Notes: generated by a model not told the origin, from the sequence alone. DNA of 64,000 nucleotides from Opitutales bacterium (GCA_965197745.1 CBDANS010000006.1:1-64000); one strand, 5' to 3'; positions 1-11,000 are shown, numbered from the stretch's first letter. Numbers and translations are program-made.

Positions 1-272
1 TCCCACTTGTGATCCTTTAATCGCCATACTCTACTTGCGAGCCAATACAGTTTACTCAATTTAGGGGCTGCTCCTCTTGAGACCTGCATCTCAATGAAAA
101 CGATACCTTCTTTTTGTAATTGTTGACGCGCTTCATCATTTAAAGAATTACTGGTTGTAATAAAGGTGACTTCCCATTTTTTAGAAGCCAATAAGAGCGA
201 AAGCTCAATAAGGTGAGTCTCCATCCCACCGATGGATGCCATCTGTGGAGAGTAAATAAGAATACGCTTCAA
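1..272 (-). CDS. Glycosyltransferase family 4-like protein, N-terminal part (runs off window edge)
   Basis: Manual translation from TTG at 272: MKRILIYSPQMASIGGMETHLIELSLLL...; the GG-x-E-x-H N-terminal motif is typical of GT4; not in the ORF track because truncated. Confidence 0.7.
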   Translation of the reverse strand, partial: MKRILIYSPQMASIGGMETHLIELSLLLASKKWEVTFITTSNSLNDEARQQLQKEGIVFIEMQVSRGAAPKLSKLYWLASRVWRLKDHKW

Positions 273-323
273 TTTACAGGGTAGCGTTAAATGTATATGA
301 GTTAATTCTCAAATTCGCATAAA

Positions 324-1493
324 TTAATTGTGAACTCTTTCCAGAGAATTAATGAATTGGTCAGCTATATCAGGTAGTCGTGAATTCGGCTTTGCTTGTG
401 GCATTCCTTCTTCCAGGTTAGTAATGAAATTTTTATCCAATCGATGCAGTAATGGATGGCGAAACGGATCAGGGGTTGTTTCATGTCGCAAGGACCAGTT
501 GTCCCGAGTAACAATGACTGGAAGTCCATGGTCCAGCATAGCAGCAGTAGTACTGCTCTTATCTATCAGAGACCACGGTGTAGTCGCAATTCCCACGTCA
601 ATTGTTTGTAAGCAATGAGATATACATGATTCCGATTGTTCACCTAATTTGATAAAATTAAATTGAGGAGAACAGCTATCTCTCATCTTATCCCAAAGCA
701 TATTTCCCTGGACGCCCATTCTCCCGAAAGAAATAAAAACTATTCTTTTATTTAAATCCTCAGAACATATTGACAATTGCGACAACAGCATAGCCGGGTT
801 CCATTGAGGATGAATTGTCCCGAAAATACCAAACAGGATAAAATCTTTCCGGTTGTCCGAATCAATTTTAACCCCATTTTCATTTAATTTTTTAATGAGA
901 TATTGGGTATCAGGATTTTCTAGAACGGGGATACTTCCAAATAAAGGTAGTATATCTGCATGGACACCATTCCTTTGAAGCAACAATTTATAAACAGGAT
1001 TAGTAGTATGGATTACATCGGGTTGCAATTCTCTGATCATTTTTAAAATAACGCGTTTCTGAATGTGCCCGATGAAGCGATCTTTAAGCCCGTATTCCAT
1101 TGCCTCCCCTATCCATAATTCATGGAGCATGAGATGTAAATTCCTCTTATGGATCAAGGGCCATAAGCGTGCAGCTAAACCATAAACAAATGCTCTTGGA
1201 TGATAAGCATATCCTACAAATTGAAGGGATATATAATCGGGTTGGAATTCGTTTAAGAAATCCTGGCCGTCTCTAATACGCGTATTCCAGGGAATCTCAG
1301 AACTCTGTCGATAGAACATAGATCCATCAACTTCACCTATTGAAGGTTGATCTTTACTGCACCAATGATCATTCAACGCAATCCCAATACATGAATGTCC
1401 GAAACCTCGTAACTGATTAATTAATGCTCTGGTATAATCGCCTACACCGTTTCGTCCCATTTCAAGAGAACCGGTTATGAAAGCAATACGCAT
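324..1493 (-). CDS. GT-B fold glycosyltransferase (GT4-like)
   Basis: N-terminal MRIAFITG...NGVGDYT, HE motif, C-terminal KSSTTAAMLDHGLPVIV resembling GT4 donor-binding region; operon context. Confidence 0.7.
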   Translation of the reverse strand: MRIAFITGSLEMGRNGVGDYTRALINQLRGFGHSCIGIALNDHWCSKDQPSIGEVDGSMFYRQSSEIPWNTRIRDGQDFLNEFQPDYISLQFVGYAYHPRAFVYGLAARLWPLIHKRNLHLMLHELWIGEAMEYGLKDRFIGHIQKRVILKMIRELQPDVIHTTNPVYKLLLQRNGVHADILPLFGSIPVLENPDTQYLIKKLNENGVKIDSDNRKDFILFGIFGTIHPQWNPAMLLSQLSICSEDLNKRIVFISFGRMGVQGNMLWDKMRDSCSPQFNFIKLGEQSESCISHCLQTIDVGIATTPWSLIDKSSTTAAMLDHGLPVIVTRDNWSLRHETTPDPFRHPLLHRLDKNFITNLEEGMPQAKPNSRLPDIADQFINSLERVHN

Positions 1494-1527
1494 AACATAT
1501 CACTCTGAATTGAGATGAAAACAAACA

Positions 1528-2478
1528 TTACGACCTTCGGATAAATCGGCCAATTCCAGCTGCGATGTTAAGACGCAAGCGATTCATGAATAATGCAGCT
1601 TTTGAATAAAGGATAATCGGATACTCGGTGTTTTTCCAGTAAGCTTTATCCGCTAATGAGGGTGGAAATCCGTTTAAGGCATACCACAAATAAGGTTTAT
1701 TCCAGGGTTTTGGATTCCCCACTGCATGAAACATGTAGTGAAGCCCATTTTTAAAAGCCATGGCTTCCTGACCAGCGACACATAGAGGGTAATGTTCGCG
1801 CATCAATACTACGTTCAGAGCATCCTGGTCTGGAAAAGAAAATAAATCGTGATTCCCGGCAGAAAATGAAGACAGATTGATGTCTTCTTTTTCCATCATC
1901 TGAAGAATTTCACACCACGCTAATAGAAATGATGAAGCGTCACGAGGAAATCCCATGAATCCGGCATTAACGTAAAAATCAAGGTCGATAGGTAAGTCTA
2001 TATTGTGCTTTTCGAAGTACTGCCTCCAGCCTTTCCTTTTGGGATGATTATGCCGGATTGATGGATTCACATCTTCACAAATAGCAATGGAATCAGTCGC
2101 CCATTTTTCATAAAATTCCCACTTAAAATTTATGGTAATATCAGGGTCGAAATAAAAAATATTGTCACTGTTGCCAGAGTCCGTTTGACAAATCTTGTAA
2201 ATAAACTCCGGTTTATAGTTTGTCAGATGGTGATCAGTTTCTAACTTTATAAAGCATAAAGAAATATCGTTACCTACGATGTATTCTTCGATATTTAAAT
2301 CGCTAATATTATTCTTTTGTATTTTTCCTATTGCCCATGGAGGTAACTGGCCACGGTAACCAGCATAAATTTTACCCCGATAATTATGAGAAACGAGTGA
2401 ATTTACCAGTGCCGCGAGACCTAAATGATGGGTTCCTTCAAATAATGTGCAAACCACTGAACTCATAATATACGGCAA
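1528..2478 (-). CDS. GT-A fold glycosyltransferase (GT8-like)
   Basis: YFDPD (DxD), VNAGF, DQDALN and HAVGNPKPW motifs typical of GT8-type enzymes. Confidence 0.65.
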   Translation of the reverse strand: MPYIMSSVVCTLFEGTHHLGLAALVNSLVSHNYRGKIYAGYRGQLPPWAIGKIQKNNISDLNIEEYIVGNDISLCFIKLETDHHLTNYKPEFIYKICQTDSGNSDNIFYFDPDITINFKWEFYEKWATDSIAICEDVNPSIRHNHPKRKGWRQYFEKHNIDLPIDLDFYVNAGFMGFPRDASSFLLAWCEILQMMEKEDINLSSFSAGNHDLFSFPDQDALNVVLMREHYPLCVAGQEAMAFKNGLHYMFHAVGNPKPWNKPYLWYALNGFPPSLADKAYWKNTEYPIILYSKAALFMNRLRLNIAAGIGRFIRRS

Positions 2479-2514
2479 GTTTCGTAAATAATAATAAGGG
2501 AATTTATATCCCGC

Positions 2515-3405
2515 TCATTTTAATAAATTCAAAACCTTACCAATCAGAGCAAGGGTAAAATATTGCATCTGAAATGGGTTTATTTTCCAGGCTTTATAAT
2601 AAAATAATGATGAACGTGATGGATTCTGACGAAAATGCATACGGCCCGCACTGGCAAATGCCGAGGTAGTTTTTTTTAAACGAACAGCCTTTGAAATAGC
2701 CTCCCAGTCAAGATACTTATCATAGACTTCAGCAAATGACTCCGTCATTTTAATGCTTTTTGCAGTCAGTGCACTATCATGTTTCCGATAATAACAGGTG
2801 TTTTGGCCGGTATATGAAAAGAGGCAACCAGCTCGGGCCGCTCGAAACCAATACTCCATATCCTCGCAATAGTGAAAATAGTGATCAAAAAATCCCGCTT
2901 TTGAAAAAATCTTTTTCCGTAATACAACACTGGAAGGTTGGATAATATAAGAGTGATTATAAAGTGAGATTGGAAAATTATCTGTTTGCGACTCAAGAGG
3001 AGCACGAATTTCTAGTTCTTTACCTGTTGCATCATCAAATAATATCGATCCCGAGTGCACGATATCAGCATTGCTCCTTAAAAAATGACTTACAATTGTT
3101 TCTAAATGGGAAATAGCCCAATAATCATCGGCATCAAGGAGCGCAATATATTCACCATCGGCTTTTTTTATGCAGGAATTTCTCGACGCTGATGGGCCCT
3201 GTTTGTCTTCATGACGTTGATAAATGACTCGCTGAGAAACCTCTTTCGCAAAGTTTGTTACTATTTTTTCAGTACTATCTTTAGAACCATCTTCGACAAG
3301 AATTAGCTCCCAATCTGTAAAACTCTGATTACGAACGGATGATAGCGCTTCAGCAATATATTTTTCCGCATTATAAGCGGGAATGCATATGCTCACTAAG
3401 GGCAT
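2515..3405 (-). CDS. Glycosyltransferase family 2
   Basis: VSICIPAYN, VEDGS, LDADD, ED motifs. Confidence 0.9.
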   Translation of the reverse strand: MPLVSICIPAYNAEKYIAEALSSVRNQSFTDWELILVEDGSKDSTEKIVTNFAKEVSQRVIYQRHEDKQGPSASRNSCIKKADGEYIALLDADDYWAISHLETIVSHFLRSNADIVHSGSILFDDATGKELEIRAPLESQTDNFPISLYNHSYIIQPSSVVLRKKIFSKAGFFDHYFHYCEDMEYWFRAARAGCLFSYTGQNTCYYRKHDSALTAKSIKMTESFAEVYDKYLDWEAISKAVRLKKTTSAFASAGRMHFRQNPSRSSLFYYKAWKINPFQMQYFTLALIGKVLNLLK

Positions 3406-3464
3406 ATTAATTTAGCCCGACAAAAGCAGTAATTTAATTTCAATGTTACTGAGCAAATCATCAG

Positions 3465-4766
3465 TTAATTTGATTGCATAAGTTGAAGTAATTCACCGAA
3501 GGCTTTCTCCGGTAGAAGATGTTCACGAATCCATTGATTCTGGCGCGTTATGCATCTTTCTCGATCAGATTTATCCCGCAGCAATCTAACCGTAGACCGA
3601 GCAAAAGCTGCTGGATCGTCTGCGACCTCCACAACCTGGCCATTTTCAAGATCTTTAAATCCTTCAACTCCAATAGATGTTGAAAGAACCGCACGGCTCC
3701 TGGCCATCGCTTCAGCCAATTTTATTTTAAAACCTGTTCCAAATTGTAATGGGACAATACATATCATTGCTTCCTCATAGACTTCATGCAAATCGGAAAC
3801 GTTTCCGAGTAAATGCATATTTGGATGATCATTGTCGAGATATTCACATACACTACCGCAAATAACGAGTGATGCGTGAGGCAGTATCTCTAATACTTGA
3901 GGCCAGACTCTGTTTAAAAACCAACATATCCCCTTAACATTATGTTGCGCTCCTCCTCCTATAAATAGACATCGTCCTTCGACCTGCCGATTATTGTTCT
4001 TTTGTTCAATCTCAACTGGCATAGGAGTAACGATAACATGGCTTTTGGGCACCATTTTTTTAAATTCGCGTGCATCGTTCTCCTGTATGACGATAATGAC
4101 ATCAGCTAGACCTAAAAATTTTATTTCTTCGCTACATGACAAGGGCATAAAATCAAGGGGAGTATCATTCTCTCTATATGCTTCTACCCGTTTATGGACA
4201 ACATCAGTAGTCAATATTATTTTGATTATACTTTTACTTACACGGTCGGTAGAAAAAGATAAGACTTCGGCAATTTGCGGCGAGTCCACAATCACTACAT
4301 TGGGTTTTTCCCTTTCAATGATTTTTTCAAAATAGTATTTTTCGGAAGAAGTAATATTACCTATTGAATCATTCCTGTTGAGGGGTCGCTTGGAATTACA
4401 ACCTAATATTCTTTTAAATAAATATAAAGGGATCGTTAATATGGACTGCAGATTTTTGCGAATGACAAATCTACCTATTATGTAGGATTCGAAAGCCAGA
4501 AATTTTTCGGCATAAACAGGGATCCACGGACATCTGAACAATGGTCGAAAAGCGTAATCCCAATTTGTCAACCAGCAGTAGGATATAGTGCAGTTATTTT
4601 CATTAAGGTAGTGCAGAATCGCGTCTGCATAGACACATCCCCCGTGGTAATTCGGCATCGCCAGATTGCGGCTCACGTAAACAATTCGTATTTGTTTATC
4701 TTCTTGCAAAATCGACCCATGCCAGGGTTTTCCGCATTCCCTCATTAAAAGAAACTGAGGGAACAT
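3465..4766 (-). CDS. Glycosyltransferase family 4 (true start probably some codons downstream of the ORF start)
   Basis: C-terminal VPLQFGTGFKIKLAEAMA...VLSTSIGVEG motif; ORF start overlaps the upstream gene by 71 bp. Confidence 0.8.
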   Translation of the reverse strand: MFPQFLLMRECGKPWHGSILQEDKQIRIVYVSRNLAMPNYHGGCVYADAILHYLNENNCTISYCWLTNWDYAFRPLFRCPWIPVYAEKFLAFESYIIGRFVIRKNLQSILTIPLYLFKRILGCNSKRPLNRNDSIGNITSSEKYYFEKIIEREKPNVVIVDSPQIAEVLSFSTDRVSKSIIKIILTTDVVHKRVEAYRENDTPLDFMPLSCSEEIKFLGLADVIIVIQENDAREFKKMVPKSHVIVTPMPVEIEQKNNNRQVEGRCLFIGGGAQHNVKGICWFLNRVWPQVLEILPHASLVICGSVCEYLDNDHPNMHLLGNVSDLHEVYEEAMICIVPLQFGTGFKIKLAEAMARSRAVLSTSIGVEGFKDLENGQVVEVADDPAAFARSTVRLLRDKSDRERCITRQNQWIREHLLPEKAFGELLQLMQSN

Positions 4767-5772
4767 AATTCAAAGTCTTTTGTGCTTTAGCACTGGGGAA
4801 TTTCCAATTACACTGCTGCAACTCACACAGTTCCTGATTTATTCGCGGTTGAGGATTATTAGGTATAGCCCAGGCATTCAAATGCGGGAATGGTTCCCAG
4901 GCAGCGATCATAGCTTTCGTTAACCTTTTTGCCCGATCTGGAATCAGGGGGAGGATTTTTTGAACAATAGGAGTGGCGATGATTTCAGCAATTTTCTCCT
5001 GTGAGGTTTTTCTAAATTCCGGTGGGGTAATATCATGGACCGTGTTATAGTCAATGCCTATGGCATCCACTAATGTTTTATATAATTGATGCCAGTTTAG
5101 ATTCTCGGCATCGTTCAAGAGAAAGGCTTCGCCGTTAAGATCAGGATTTTCCAATGAGAGCCATATGGCATCTATCAAATTGTCGACGTATAGACCATTG
5201 AAAATACCCTGCCCTCGATTGACGAGAAAGGCTGATTTAGCAAGAAGCTGCTCAACTAACCCTGTTATAAAACGCGATCGGGGTCCATAAACAATACTCG
5301 GCAGTAGATAAACAATTTCCACATTTCCTCTACGCCCTAATTTTCTAAAAACGCGATCAGCGAGAATTTTAGCATTAATATAGCTTGAATTGTGCCCGGC
5401 ACGGACAGGGGAATCTTCATCAGTTCCTTCATTGGGAACAAATCCGTATATTGACGCGGTACTTAAAACAGAAATCCTTTTAACATGAGCTTTCTCCGCA
5501 GCCCAATAAACGCATTCCGCCATATCTACAATCTGTTTAGCATCACCCAACGCGGCATGAATAACGGCGTCACATCCGGAAAACGCACTGGCTAGTGAAC
5601 CTTGATCGAAAATGTTACAGACTTTCGAAGCTAAATTAAAACGAGCCGATACAGCCAGGCTGCTGTAACGTCGAACGATTGGAATTACTTCAGCTTTACG
5701 ATTAAGGACGAGGTTTTCCACCAGTCGTGATCCAATAAATCCACTGGCACCCGTGATCGCAATCTTCATCAT
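4696..5772 (-). CDS. NAD-dependent epimerase/dehydratase (extended SDR)
   Basis: TGASGFIG Rossmann motif, YINAK (YxxxK), VYGP. Confidence 0.85.
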   Translation of the reverse strand: MMKIAITGASGFIGSRLVENLVLNRKAEVIPIVRRYSSLAVSARFNLASKVCNIFDQGSLASAFSGCDAVIHAALGDAKQIVDMAECVYWAAEKAHVKRISVLSTASIYGFVPNEGTDEDSPVRAGHNSSYINAKILADRVFRKLGRRGNVEIVYLLPSIVYGPRSRFITGLVEQLLAKSAFLVNRGQGIFNGLYVDNLIDAIWLSLENPDLNGEAFLLNDAENLNWHQLYKTLVDAIGIDYNTVHDITPPEFRKTSQEKIAEIIATPIVQKILPLIPDRAKRLTKAMIAAWEPFPHLNAWAIPNNPQPRINQELCELQQCNWKFPSAKAQKTLNYVPSVSFNEGMRKTLAWVDFARR

Positions 5773-6881
5773 TGATTATCCTTATTGACAGCAGTTAATC
5801 TTCTCGCTTCATCGACTTCCTGCGGAGTTAGCCAGGGCATCTCGATAAGACGCTTTTGGTCATAACATTTCTCAATTAAATTTAATGATTTGATTCCCTC
5901 TCTACTCGGCACACGCAAAGATTCTTCACCTCGCATTGAAGCTGTAATATTGTGCAATTGTTCAATAAAACACTGCGGATCACTTCGCTTATTTCCCCCT
6001 TCATTGATATCATTATCCCTTAAGAAACAGTCTTTTAGCGTTCCACTCAATAGGGTGTTCTCTCCCGGCATTGAAAACTGGAGCCCATTGGCATCACCGA
6101 CAGCCCATCGAACAATGCCTTTTTCAAAATAGAAAGTATGAGAATTCTCATTTTCCCAATCTTTGCTCAATCGTAATTCCCCTTTAACCTCATCCGGATA
6201 GCTCAAGGATACTCGAGCATTTACATCCAATCCCCCCATAGCATCATCCGCGTAGATGATATTGTTCGGTTCTCCCAGCCACATAATCAATTGGTCCAGG
6301 ACATGGACACCAACATCGAAAAAGACTCCACCCGACGCAGTTGCGCTGTTAAAAAATGAATCCGAGGCAGCCTGCCATTCACTGGCATTTCCCTCCCGTA
6401 TTGTAAAACGCTTTAAAGAGCCTAATAACTTATTTTTAATAATATTATTTATCGCTTCGGTAGCGGGATAAAAACGCCGGTAGAGACCGATAGCCAACAA
6501 GCCATCACTCTTTTGCTCCGCCTTCATCATCGCTATTGCTTCAACGCTGCTTGCCGCCATGGGCTTTTCGCAGAGCACGGAAGCTCCTTTTTCCAAAGCA
6601 TAGATACTTTGAGATGCATGATAACGATGCGGCGATGCAATGATAACCAGGTTTTTATTCGATATATTCACTTTACTGATATCATCTGCCAAATTTACAT
6701 CGGGAAATTCTTTAGCGAGAATTTCTATGTTTTCTTTAGCCGGATCTACGAATGCCTGTAGAAACAATTCACCCTGCTCTGACAATATCTTGATTGCCGG
6801 TGTATAAAAAAATCGGCCGATTGCTCCACAACCTACGAGTATAACGGGTATCGACTTCTCAGTTTTTTTAATACTATTCAA
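5769..6881 (-). CDS. Gfo/Idh/MocA family oxidoreductase
   Basis: VGCGAIG, CEKP, GGVFFDVGVH motifs. Confidence 0.85.
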   Translation of the reverse strand: MNSIKKTEKSIPVILVGCGAIGRFFYTPAIKILSEQGELFLQAFVDPAKENIEILAKEFPDVNLADDISKVNISNKNLVIIASPHRYHASQSIYALEKGASVLCEKPMAASSVEAIAMMKAEQKSDGLLAIGLYRRFYPATEAINNIIKNKLLGSLKRFTIREGNASEWQAASDSFFNSATASGGVFFDVGVHVLDQLIMWLGEPNNIIYADDAMGGLDVNARVSLSYPDEVKGELRLSKDWENENSHTFYFEKGIVRWAVGDANGLQFSMPGENTLLSGTLKDCFLRDNDINEGGNKRSDPQCFIEQLHNITASMRGEESLRVPSREGIKSLNLIEKCYDQKRLIEMPWLTPQEVDEARRLTAVNKDNQ

Positions 6882-7019
6882 TATGGATTACTATATACCT
6901 TTAGATCTAATTCAGACGATGCATACCACAGTGAAGTGGTCGCAGAATCTATATAGATGAAGAGGAATCTACATTTGCAGAATATTTTCATATGCAATAC
7001 AGATTCTGAATAGCTGAAA

Positions 7020-7850
7020 CTAAAGTCGATTTACAATTTTTAAGAGAAATGAATTAAGACGTTTTCTCAGTCTACGTTGCGGGCTATTTAATCTATTGCA
7101 TCTCAATCTAAATTTAACCAAGTCCCGTTCATATATATCCTGATCCAGGAAACACTTTTTGATTAGACTATCCATATTTTCATTAACCAAATCGAATAAT
7201 TCATAATCATAAAAAAAATATTTCTTCAGTTCTCTACGTGTGTCGTCAGTGATATTCAGATCTTTTAGCGATATATTTTGAGGTGTGTAAGAACAGTCTT
7301 TAAAATCTTCTCTATAGACATTTTCCAGTAATACACAGCTTTCGTCGTATCGCTCCATCGATAAAAATAGAATTTGGTATTTAGAAATATTCTTTTTAAC
7401 AATATCCAAAGCCGATTCATCACTGCTCCCGGTAAGGTGTTGTAATTGACCGTTTTTCAGATACTCCAGATTTTTTTCATTTAATGCCCAATCAGTGAAA
7501 TCATCAAAAGATAGCGATTTTGCTTCAGGGACTAATTGCGTGTGATTTCTCAGATAGAAGTAATAAGAGATATATCTTTCGATTGGCTCACGGACAAAGG
7601 TGATAACGCGCAATGGACGGGAGCAGTTATTGAATGGTAGATCTAAAGATAGTTTGTGTGCGGCAAGACAACGAATCTCAGGGTATTGATTAATACCTAT
7701 AGCCAATTGATGCGCATTATAGCTGACAAAATCGAACATTCCGTAATCTTCACGATATTGAAAGGGAAAGTTAATTCTTAAAATATCACGAAATGTAGAA
7801 CCGCCACATTTTGGAATATGAATAAAAATATAGAAATGATTGCTCATCAT
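7020..7850 (-). CDS. Sulfotransferase family 2 protein
   Basis: FIHIPKCGGST (5'-PAPS-binding loop) and REPIERYISYY (3'-phosphate-binding motif). Confidence 0.8.
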   Translation of the reverse strand: MMSNHFYIFIHIPKCGGSTFRDILRINFPFQYREDYGMFDFVSYNAHQLAIGINQYPEIRCLAAHKLSLDLPFNNCSRPLRVITFVREPIERYISYYFYLRNHTQLVPEAKSLSFDDFTDWALNEKNLEYLKNGQLQHLTGSSDESALDIVKKNISKYQILFLSMERYDESCVLLENVYREDFKDCSYTPQNISLKDLNITDDTRRELKKYFFYDYELFDLVNENMDSLIKKCFLDQDIYERDLVKFRLRCNRLNSPQRRLRKRLNSFLLKIVNRL

Positions 7851-7889
7851 AGATTGCTTAGTATTTATTTCTATTCAATAGGTATTCCA

Positions 7890-9059
7890 TTATACCGTTA
7901 GATGAGATTCAAAATTTTTTTGTATAGATTCGGGGTCGAAATCAGATGCTGCATAACGCTGTGAGATAGCCGCTTTCTCTTCCCATTGTGCTTTCGATTT
8001 AATTGACTCTAAAAATCTACACAACCCCTCCAAATCGTCCGGGGGGATGCTATCAGGGAATTGCCTCTCATTCGCCCAAATCGCTACCGCGCTATCAGCT
8101 GGTGTCATTATAATAATAGGAATACCAAGATGAGAGTATTCGACGAGTTTGCTGGGAAAACTCGATTTTATCCACGGCATCTTCTCTGAAGATTCCGTGT
8201 ATGACACTAACAGGGCCGCAGCTTTTTGGGAGATGTAGTCCAGTGCATTTTTGTTTTCATTATAAGGTTCCTTCCATTCAACAGGATATTTTTGACAAAA
8301 TGACTCGAGCGCTGGCGTCTTTTTAACCATAAGCAATAACCGCCCGCCGACAGCTTCTGTCTCTTCGGATATTTTACCTAAAAGAGAAAATTGTACCTCC
8401 CGTAAATTACCGGCGTAGGCAAGGAGCGGCCGTTCAGCGTAAGCAGGTTTCCATTCAGACTTTCCCGTCCACCCTTCCGGAATGGGTGGGAGAAAAGAAT
8501 TTCTATTATCGGATTGGCTAAAAATTTCAGATAACTGGGGGGAAGCAAACCAGTTTTGATGAGCGTTACTGATCACTCTATTATAATGCATGCGGACTTT
8601 TGTAACTGCTTGGGGCGTAGAGCAAAAATGTTCCGGATTATCATGTATAATGACCGTAAGTGGAACATGGTAACGCCGGGAAAAGCCGACGGCCACCTGC
8701 GAAAGTAAATCACTGAAAGCAGAGAGGTAGGTGAAAGTGGCGTCTGGTTTAATAGATCCGATAAATTTATAACACACACCTGCCCACAGCCATAACCGAA
8801 TCGCAAGCAATACGGGATTATCGGGATTAAATGGCGGCCACCAGAATTTACGATGAGGGAGAAAAAAGACGGGCCATTCTTCTCGCTCACAGGTAACTGT
8901 AGCCTGACCCCAATCGGAAACGACATAAATTTTCCATCCACTTTCTGCGAGTCTCCGTAAATGTCTTAATACGATAATCGCGCTCCCCGCCCCTTCCATC
9001 GGCGCATGACCGAAATACAACATTCGTTTTTCGATTGGCCTCATTTTAATTATTACCAA
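7890..9059 (-). CDS. GT-B fold glycosyltransferase (GT4-like)
   Basis: YAGN and SFPSKLVEYSHLGIPII motifs. Confidence 0.7.
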   Translation of the reverse strand: MVIIKMRPIEKRMLYFGHAPMEGAGSAIIVLRHLRRLAESGWKIYVVSDWGQATVTCEREEWPVFFLPHRKFWWPPFNPDNPVLLAIRLWLWAGVCYKFIGSIKPDATFTYLSAFSDLLSQVAVGFSRRYHVPLTVIIHDNPEHFCSTPQAVTKVRMHYNRVISNAHQNWFASPQLSEIFSQSDNRNSFLPPIPEGWTGKSEWKPAYAERPLLAYAGNLREVQFSLLGKISEETEAVGGRLLLMVKKTPALESFCQKYPVEWKEPYNENKNALDYISQKAAALLVSYTESSEKMPWIKSSFPSKLVEYSHLGIPIIIMTPADSAVAIWANERQFPDSIPPDDLEGLCRFLESIKSKAQWEEKAAISQRYAASDFDPESIQKNFESHLTV

Positions 9060-10021
9060 TACCCACCACCATCGACAATCTCACTTTCAGGCGGTTTTTC
9101 ATCAGGCAGTGGTCTTACCCATGATTGATTGTAAAGATTTCTGAAAAAATTTTGGGTATCCCAGCGTCTCCCTTTTATTCCAAAAAGAATCTGCGTAGGG
9201 CCTCCCATATGGATGCCAATTTTACCCAGACTTTTAATATATGCCGCCAATGGTAACCCCGCCGCGCCACAGCCAATTAAAGCGATATCAAACCCTTCGG
9301 TCTTATGAATTTCCTCAACCTGACTTTCAAGCCATGTAAGCATTTCGAACCAATTGGAAAAATCATTGTGTGAAAACCCATAAGGTGATTTAAGCGTCAG
9401 CAATTTAAACTCGGGCAGGATCTTTGGATGCCGACGCCAAACTTCATCTCTTCTCCGATATTGATTTTGAATGCTTTGAGCAAAGGGATGAACGACGAGA
9501 ATTGTTTTTCCAGAAAATTCAAAAGACCATGGATTATTCGCATCATAATAAGGTTCAAGGGATGTCAGTTCGATAAAAGCAGCATGAGGACAGTACTGTT
9601 CTACTATTTTTGCCTCTCCCGGATTGAACCACAAGGCACAACCATCAATATCTTTTAAGCGCTCTAGCAGCAAATCGCAGAATCGGTGGTAGTTGTCTTC
9701 TGATTTTGGAAAGACGCCGGCCTGTTCCTTGAGGCCTAATTGTCCATAAGTAGGCGCTGTCCAAGTGTACTTATAGAATCGCTCAATACCCAAATGCCAG
9801 GACAGGGCCGCACACTCTATGTCTCCAATTTTACCGAATGCCGCTGGATTCGCATTTCGGATCATATTTGCAATAAAATAATGGGCTTTGTTACTTTTGA
9901 GAATTTTACGGCTGAGATTGCGAAGCTTTTCCAATAATTTATTAACTTTTCTTTCATCAATAAAATTATCGATGCCGGATTTTTCAAATACGGTGGTAAT
10001 GAGTCGTCTGGATTTCTTCAT
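9053..10021 (-). CDS. Polysaccharide biosynthesis protein, possibly GT-D-like
   Basis: DIALIGCGAAGLPL...KIGIHMGG...QILFGIKGRRWD resembles conserved hypothetical proteins of glycan loci; function not certain. Confidence 0.5.
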   Translation of the reverse strand: MKKSRRLITTVFEKSGIDNFIDERKVNKLLEKLRNLSRKILKSNKAHYFIANMIRNANPAAFGKIGDIECAALSWHLGIERFYKYTWTAPTYGQLGLKEQAGVFPKSEDNYHRFCDLLLERLKDIDGCALWFNPGEAKIVEQYCPHAAFIELTSLEPYYDANNPWSFEFSGKTILVVHPFAQSIQNQYRRRDEVWRRHPKILPEFKLLTLKSPYGFSHNDFSNWFEMLTWLESQVEEIHKTEGFDIALIGCGAAGLPLAAYIKSLGKIGIHMGGPTQILFGIKGRRWDTQNFFRNLYNQSWVRPLPDEKPPESEIVDGGGYW

Positions 10022-10049
10022 GCCACTAGGAGAAGGAGACTGGCCCCAA

Positions 10050-11000
10050 TTATATAATTTTTAATATGCGTTTCATCACGTAGCTGAGGCACTTCCAGGA
10101 ATACCGGTTCAGGGGATCAATAAAGCAAGCTGCTAAAGCGTGTTTTAATGGGACTAAGCGGGATCCGAATTCAAATGAAGTAACAGCCCAATCTCTATGG
10201 TTCTTGCTGCGACTCCGGGGTTCTTTAAGTTTTGAATCTAAGGTGTCTTCATTGAAGGCCAGTCCCCGCGCGTTGTAAGCTTCTTTCATTACCCAGAAAA
10301 ATGTATTCTGCCTGATCGTAAACCTGGTGGCATTCACACTCTTAAAATGTATTCGATATTTAAATAGAATTTCATCTAAATTTGCCATTCTCCCCACGTT
10401 TGACAGACGATGGTATAAATCGAGATCTTCAGTAAATTGTGCTTCCTCTCGATAGCCCCCTGTTTTCAATAAAATATTTCTTCTCATCATTGCCGTCGGG
10501 TGGATGATAGCCCCTCCGTTCCCTTTTAAAATATTCTCGTTTATTTCCCCGTGCTCTCTCGGGGCATTACCTCTTTTCACGATATTTCCAGATGCATCTA
10601 TAAAATAGAAATTTGTCCCCAGGATAACGAGATCAGGGTCAGACTGCATACGCCCTAACTGTTTGCTGAACCGATCGGGGAGAGCAATATCATCAGCATC
10701 CATTCGAGCAATAAAATCACCTTCTGCTGCTTTGATGCCGTCATTGAGGGCACCAACAATACCCGTATTGGGTCGGCTGATGACGCGTATGCGTGAATCA
10801 TTTTTTTTATATTGCTGCACCATGTCCAAGGTCCGGTCGGTGGAACCATCGTCAATAATGATGAACTCAAAATGAGGATAAGTTTGGTTGAGGATACTTT
10901 CAATTGCTTCTGTTAAATAGCGTTGAGCATTATAAACAGGCATAACTACGCTAATAGGGAACTCCTCTATATCTGCTCTGCCATTCATCTCATGACGCAC
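10050..11000 (-). CDS. Glycosyltransferase family 2
   Basis: ISVVMPVYN, IDDGSTD, RMDADD, HPTAMMR, ED motifs. Confidence 0.9.
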   Translation of the reverse strand: MRHEMNGRADIEEFPISVVMPVYNAQRYLTEAIESILNQTYPHFEFIIIDDGSTDRTLDMVQQYKKNDSRIRVISRPNTGIVGALNDGIKAAEGDFIARMDADDIALPDRFSKQLGRMQSDPDLVILGTNFYFIDASGNIVKRGNAPREHGEINENILKGNGGAIIHPTAMMRRNILLKTGGYREEAQFTEDLDLYHRLSNVGRMANLDEILFKYRIHFKSVNATRFTIRQNTFFWVMKEAYNARGLAFNEDTLDSKLKEPRSRSKNHRDWAVTSFEFGSRLVPLKHALAACFIDPLNRYSWKCLSYVMKRILKII

